From Spirulina sp. (GTDB lineage: Bacteria > Cyanobacteriota > Cyanobacteriia > Phormidesmidales > Phormidesmidaceae): a stretch of 64,000 bases of DNA. The DNA lies in contig JBIPSI010000017.1 of the NCBI GenBank assembly GCA_044070495.1, forward strand, positions 67,094 to 131,093, in the 5' to 3' direction. Positions 61,679 through 64,000 of the stretch are shown here, piece by piece (position 1 is the first letter of the stretch; each line of letters opens with the position of its first letter). The position numbers were made by a program, and so were the translations under genes. A model generated the notes under the pieces. It made no database searches. It saw only the letters and a list, made by a program, of their open reading frames with translations, and was not told the origin of the DNA.

Positions 61679-61905
61679 AGACTGTCCTTAACCTGCCTAG
61701 ACTGCATCATAGCCGCTAGCACAACCGACAGATTTAGCGCTAGCAAAGTTTCCCAATTTCCATAGGATAGGGGGGATCGTTAACCTTAGCCATTCGTTTC
61801 CCAAGTCCTAGACTCGCCCGGTGTGGTTAAGAAGTTGTGTCTTGCGCTGCCCTCGAATCACGTTAATTTGAAGCACGTTAATCAGTTGCGTTCCCATCCT
61901 CTGCC

Positions 61906-62769
61906 ATGACCTTAATTGGCCTATTTTTCATTTTTCTAATCATTTCCTCCATCCAACCCGCCCTCCAGCGACGCATGGTGGAATCCCGTCGCCTCGCCGC
62001 CATCCGTGCCCTAGAACAACGGCGGGGCAGTCGTACCATTCTACTGATCCATCGGCAGGAGTCGGTGAGCCTGCTGGGCATTCCCATTTCCAAGTTCATC
62101 AATATCGAAGACTCGGAGCAAATCCTCAGGGCCATTCGCCTTACCCCCAGCAACGTGCCGATTGACTTAATTCTGCACACCCCCGGCGGGTTGGTGCTGG
62201 CTACCGAACAAATTGCCCGCGCCCTCATTCGCCACGAGGCCAAGGTGACAGTCTTCATTCCCCACTACGCCATGAGCGGCGGCACTATGCTGGCCATGGC
62301 CGCCGACGAAATCGTCATGGACGAAAATGCCGTACTGGGGCCGGTAGATCCGCAATTAGGGAATGTGGCCGCCGCCAGCGTGCTGAAGGTGCTGGAGGCC
62401 AAACCCCTCGATAAAATCGACGACCAAACCCTAATTACCGCCGATCTGGCCCGCAAGGCCATCAACCAAGTACAGCGGTTTGTGCGCACCCTACTAGAGG
62501 ACACCATCCCCCGCCAAAAGGTAGACCCCGCCAACATTGACAAAATCATCGACCGCCTCACCACGGGGCAAGTCACCCACGACTATCCTATTACCGTAGA
62601 AGAAGCCACCGACATGGGCCTCCCAGTCACCGTGGGTCTGCCGAGGGAAATCTACAATCTCATGGATCTCTACCCCCAGCCGATGATGGGCCGTCCCACG
62701 GTGCAATACATCCCCATGCCCTACCAAAGCCGTCCTACCCTGCCCACCAACCAAGGCCGGGGAGACTAG
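61906..62769 (+). CDS. SDH-family Clp-fold serine proteinase
   Basis: LILHTPGG, YAMSGGT, LGPVDPQ, THDYPI. Confidence 0.9.
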   Translation: MTLIGLFFIFLIISSIQPALQRRMVESRRLAAIRALEQRRGSRTILLIHRQESVSLLGIPISKFINIEDSEQILRAIRLTPSNVPIDLILHTPGGLVLATEQIARALIRHEAKVTVFIPHYAMSGGTMLAMAADEIVMDENAVLGPVDPQLGNVAAASVLKVLEAKPLDKIDDQTLITADLARKAINQVQRFVRTLLEDTIPRQKVDPANIDKIIDRLTTGQVTHDYPITVEEATDMGLPVTVGLPREIYNLMDLYPQPMMGRPTVQYIPMPYQSRPTLPTNQGRGD

Positions 62770-62773
62770 GGTG

Positions 62774-63412
62774 ATGGTGGTCGAGCTAATTGACCAACAG
62801 GTGATGGCATTTACGGCTATTGCCGCTGTCCTCGCCATTACCCCCGGTGCCGATACCATGCTGGTGATAAAAAACAGCGTGGGTCATGGGTCTAGGGGCG
62901 GGCAAGCCACCACCTTAGGCGTACTCAGCGGCACCTTATTCCATGCCTTGGTGTCAGCCCTCGGGTTGTCCGTTGTCCTAGCCCAGTCGGTTTCTCTGTT
63001 TCGGCTGGTTCAAACCCTGGGGGCAGCCTATTTGATTTGGCTGGGGGTACAATCCCTCCGTTCTGCCCATCCCCATAGTGGCCATGGCGTAGTTCCCCTA
63101 GACAGAACGCTAAGCCAATTTTTTCGGGAAGGATTGGTCAGCAACGTGCTTAACCCCAAGGTGGCGATTTTTTACATGGCTTTTTTGCCCCAATTCATCG
63201 ATTCCGGCGACCCAGTTTTGGTCAAATCCATCCTGTTAGCTACGATTCACAATGCCCTAAGCCTGTTTTGGCTAGGCGGCCTATCGCTAGCTATTGGTCA
63301 TGGCCAAGGTTGGATCCAGCGGTCGCAAGTGCAACATTGGCTGACGCGAATTTCTGGGATTTTCCTCGTTGGATTTGGCCTACGCCTAGCCCTAGATTCT
63401 TCATCTAAATAA
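62774..63412 (+). CDS. LysE/RhtB family translocator
   Basis: ITPGAD, GAAYLIWLG, NVLNPKVAIFY. Confidence 0.92.
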   Translation: MVVELIDQQVMAFTAIAAVLAITPGADTMLVIKNSVGHGSRGGQATTLGVLSGTLFHALVSALGLSVVLAQSVSLFRLVQTLGAAYLIWLGVQSLRSAHPHSGHGVVPLDRTLSQFFREGLVSNVLNPKVAIFYMAFLPQFIDSGDPVLVKSILLATIHNALSLFWLGGLSLAIGHGQGWIQRSQVQHWLTRISGIFLVGFGLRLALDSSSK

Positions 63413-63435
63413 ACTATCCAAGGAAAACAAGTCGC

Positions 63436-63468
63436 AAAAAGCGCCCCCCTTACGGAGAGCGCTCTTTT
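63436..63468 (-). terminator. Intrinsic terminator of psbA (possibly bidirectional)
   Basis: Minus strand: AGCGCTCTCC GTAA GGGGGGCGC TTTTT. Confidence 0.8.
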
Positions 63469-63513
63469 CCTAATCAACTATCGCTAGCTGACCCATGGAC
63501 TGGTCAATCAAGA

Positions 63514-64000
<487 letters not shown>

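Overview
A GC-rich chromosomal segment from a cyanobacterium, identified by psbA, ndhA/I/G/E and a SigD-type sigma factor. It most resembles filamentous Leptolyngbya/Nodosilinea-type strains, but the genus is an inference. 1-13.1 kb is the distal part of a Wzy-dependent exopolysaccharide cluster. 13-50 kb and 55.4-64 kb are mostly housekeeping genes (gcvH, FHA-PBP1A, lysS, mreBCD, ssb, ndh genes, leuC, acpP-fabF-tkt, sigD, sbcC, nusB, tRNA-Tyr/Thr, amidase, psbA) with MITEs, GTAG-type REPs and short tandem repeats between them. The standout is 50.8-55.3 kb, an integron-type gene-cassette array with no integrase in the window (CALIN-like). It has four complete attC sites and one half site, all on the minus strand, and three cassettes start with the exact complement of their own attC R'' core. 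The cargo is two PIN-domain toxin-antitoxin-like pairs, a stand-alone ribosomal L7/L12 C-terminal-domain protein and an AT-rich 2TM/coiled-coil protein. The array is headed by four ~25-bp quasi-palindromes at a 40-41 bp period, a candidate novel attI-type platform, and is cut at its tail by a deleted IS4-family element. Two small ORFs below the ORF-track cutoff were also found: a GifA/IF7-like 44-aa protein with an NtcA-like site, and a 43-aa membrane peptide with an HLR1 motif upstream of sigD. All calls are by eye; no database search was run.
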